Part shown: positions 61,941 through 64,000 of the stretch, piece after piece
Position numbering within the stretch: the first letter of the stretch is position 1
Layout: every line of letters starts with the position of its first letter
Source: a bacterium
Lineage (GTDB): Bacteria; Zhuqueibacterota; Zhuqueibacteria; Zhuqueibacterales; Zhuqueibacteraceae
NCBI GenBank assembly: GCA_044869275.1
Contig: JBIOXB010000048.1
Location: forward strand, 18,441-82,440
Direction of reading: 5' to 3'
DNA length: 64,000 bases
Translations under genes and position numbers: made by a program
The notes under the pieces: model-generated
The model's input: the letters and a program-made list of their open reading frames with translations, nothing else
Told to the model about the DNA's origin: nothing
The model's database searches: none

Positions 61941-61986
61941 GCCGTCGCCAGGCACCGCCGGCTGGAAAGCACGGGAGCTTTGCATC

Positions 61987-63681
61987 TTACGCCTTCTTCT
62001 CAATCTTGGCCCAGGTATCGCGCAGCGTCACGGTGCGATTAAACACGAGCCGGTCGGTGGCTGAATCCTGGGTGTCGACGCAAAAATAGCCGTTGCGTTC
62101 GAATTGCAGCACCGTGCCCGGTGTGGCATGCTTCAAACTGCGCTCGACAAAGGAATCCGTCAGCGTTTCCAAGGAATTCGGGTTGAGGTTTGCCGAAAAA
62201 TCCTGGCCCTCGGGAGCATCATCCGGATTCGGCTTGACGAAAAGATGATCATAGAGCCTCATTTCTGCGGGCAGTGCCTGCGCCGCCGACAGCCAATGAA
62301 TCGTGCCTTTCACTTTGCGCGTTTCCGCCGCGGTGCTGCCGCTTTTGGTGGCGGGATCATAGGTGCAGCGCACTTCCACGATCTCGCCCTTTTCATTCTT
62401 CACCACACCGACGCACTTAATAATGTAGGCATAACGCAAGCGCACTTCATTGCCAGGAAACAGGCGGAAGTATTTTTTCGGCGGAGCTTCGCGGAAATCG
62501 TCCTGTTCGATATACAACACACGCGAAAACGGAATTTTGCGCATGCCCTGGCTCGGGTCTTCGGGATTGTTGACCGCTTCCAATTCCTCCACCTGGCCTT
62601 CCGGATAATTTTCGATCACGAGCTTGAGCGGCCGCAGCACGGCCATCACCCGCGGCGCGCGCCGGTTCAGGTCTTCGCGCAGGCAGTGTTCAAGCAAAGA
62701 AATGTCCACCGTGCTGTTGCTTTTCGCCACGCCAATGCGTTCACAGAAATCGCGAATGGCTTCCGGCGTGTAGCCGCGGCGGCGCAGGCCCGCGAGCGTG
62801 GGCATGCGCGGATCATCCCAGCCGGTGACGTGGTCGTTCTCAACCAGGGTGAGCAGTTTGCGTTTGCTCATGATGGTATAAGTGAGATTGAGGCGCGCAA
62901 ACTCGATTTGCCGCGGATGATGGATGCCGAGTTCATCCAAATACCAATCGTACAGCGGGCGATGATCTTCATATTCCAGTGTGCACAAGGAATGGGTGAT
63001 GCCCTCGATGGCATCCGACTGCCCGTGCGCCCAATCGTACATCGGATAAATGCACCATTTGTCCCCGGTGCGATGATGCTCGGCTTTGCGGATGCGATAC
63101 ATCACGGGATCGCGCCAGTTCAGGTTCGGAGAGGCCATGTCGATCTTCGCGCGCAGGGTTTTGCTGCCGTCGGGAAATTCGCCGGCGCGCATGCGGGCGA
63201 ACAGATCCAGATTCTCTGTGACGGAGCGAATGCGATACGGGCTGTTTTTCCCCGGCTCGGTCAGGGTGCCACGAAAGTCCCGCATTTCGTCTGCGCTCAA
63301 ATCATCGACATAAGCCTTTCCGGCTTTGATCAACTGCACGGCAAATTCATAAAGCTGCTCGAAGTAATCCGAAGCGAAATATAAATGCCGTCCCCAATCG
63401 AAGCCCAGCCAGCGCACGTCGGCCATGATAGAATCGACATACTCCTGCTCTTCTTTGGTGGGATTGGTATCATCAAAGCGCAAATGGCAGCGTCCGCCAA
63501 ATTCCTTCGCCATGCCGAAGTCTAGGCAAATCGCTTTGGCGTGTCCGATGTGTAAATAACCGTTCGGCTCGGGCGGAAAACGGGTGAGCACTTTTCCGCC
63601 GAAACGATTGGTTTTCATATCTTCCAAAATACTGTCACGAACGAAGTGAGAAGCGATCGCATTGGTTGCTGTGGCCATCAT
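61987..63681 (-). CDS. glnS: Glutamine--tRNA ligase
   Basis: [48 protein letters not shown]. Confidence 0.97.
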   Translation of the reverse strand: MMATATNAIASHFVRDSILEDMKTNRFGGKVLTRFPPEPNGYLHIGHAKAICLDFGMAKEFGGRCHLRFDDTNPTKEEQEYVDSIMADVRWLGFDWGRHLYFASDYFEQLYEFAVQLIKAGKAYVDDLSADEMRDFRGTLTEPGKNSPYRIRSVTENLDLFARMRAGEFPDGSKTLRAKIDMASPNLNWRDPVMYRIRKAEHHRTGDKWCIYPMYDWAHGQSDAIEGITHSLCTLEYEDHRPLYDWYLDELGIHHPRQIEFARLNLTYTIMSKRKLLTLVENDHVTGWDDPRMPTLAGLRRRGYTPEAIRDFCERIGVAKSNSTVDISLLEHCLREDLNRRAPRVMAVLRPLKLVIENYPEGQVEELEAVNNPEDPSQGMRKIPFSRVLYIEQDDFREAPPKKYFRLFPGNEVRLRYAYIIKCVGVVKNEKGEIVEVRCTYDPATKSGSTAAETRKVKGTIHWLSAAQALPAEMRLYDHLFVKPNPDDAPEGQDFSANLNPNSLETLTDSFVERSLKHATPGTVLQFERNGYFCVDTQDSATDRLVFNRTVTLRDTWAKIEKKA

Positions 63682-63870
63682 GTTCACTGTTCCTTTGCTT
63701 GAAAAAGCCAATGGCGAAATTCGTCGAAAGTACGAAGATTCTATTTCAAATTCAAGAGTGATAAAGTGGGATTTTTGACTTCTTTTTAGGTAAGGAGGGC
63801 CGCTTAAATCTACTTTGCAAGAGGAAATAAGGCGAATGGATGCAAGAAAATCCTGAGAATTGCGCTGGTC

Positions 63871-63906
63871 CACGAAATATGCGAAAAATTTTTCGCATAT
63901 TTCGTG
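63871..63906. repeat. Perfect 36-bp palindrome
   Basis: CACGAAATATGCGAAAAA|TTTTTCGCATATTTCGTG. Confidence 0.75.
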
Positions 63907-63924
63907 TGTGCGCTCCGCAGCGTT

Positions 63925-64000
63925 CAGACTGTGTGAAAACGCTTGGTTTCAACGCCGGCTGAGCTTGTCGAAGCCGGATTTTTGAACTTAGCACCCTTCG
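63925..64000. mobile_element. MITE-like repeat, copy 2 (truncated by the window edge)
   Basis: Matches 51304-51379 with 3 mismatches. Confidence 0.75.

Overview
A mostly housekeeping 64-kb window from a GC-rich Gram-negative bacterium. A secreted hydrolase with a C-terminal FlgD-Ig/T9SS-like sorting domain, a GWxTD protein and a FadL-type porin suggest the FCB group, possibly KSB1/Calditrichota-like (inference). Core genes: a DHH phosphoesterase, era, archaeal/eukaryotic-type proS, tRNA-Val(CAC), an ECF sigma/anti-sigma pair, a split B12-dependent acyl-CoA mutase with meaB, LPS glycosyltransferases, a GH3 enzyme, ligA, a cysQ-like gene, a SWIM-SNF2 helicase and glnS. Most interesting observations: (1) a membrane-anchored NACHT-FGE/CLec protein whose 3' end looks like a remote target of a diversity-generating retroelement (DGR), lying behind a multi-GAF two-component system and a GAF-like 2TM protein; (2) a ~530-nt ORF-poor unit between a sigma54-like promoter and a terminator, with GGA-loop hairpins like a CsrB/Rsm-type sRNA; (3) ligA bracketed by a decayed copy of its own 5' region and a ~95% identical copy of its 3' end, each next to a small cassette (C39 peptidase + partner, DUF2442-like, BrnTA); (4) several MITE-like elements with REP-like hairpins inside; (5) an in-frame SDR::FAD-oxidase chimera; (6) a terminator in the short proS leader. 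All assignments come from reading motifs by eye; no database searches were run.
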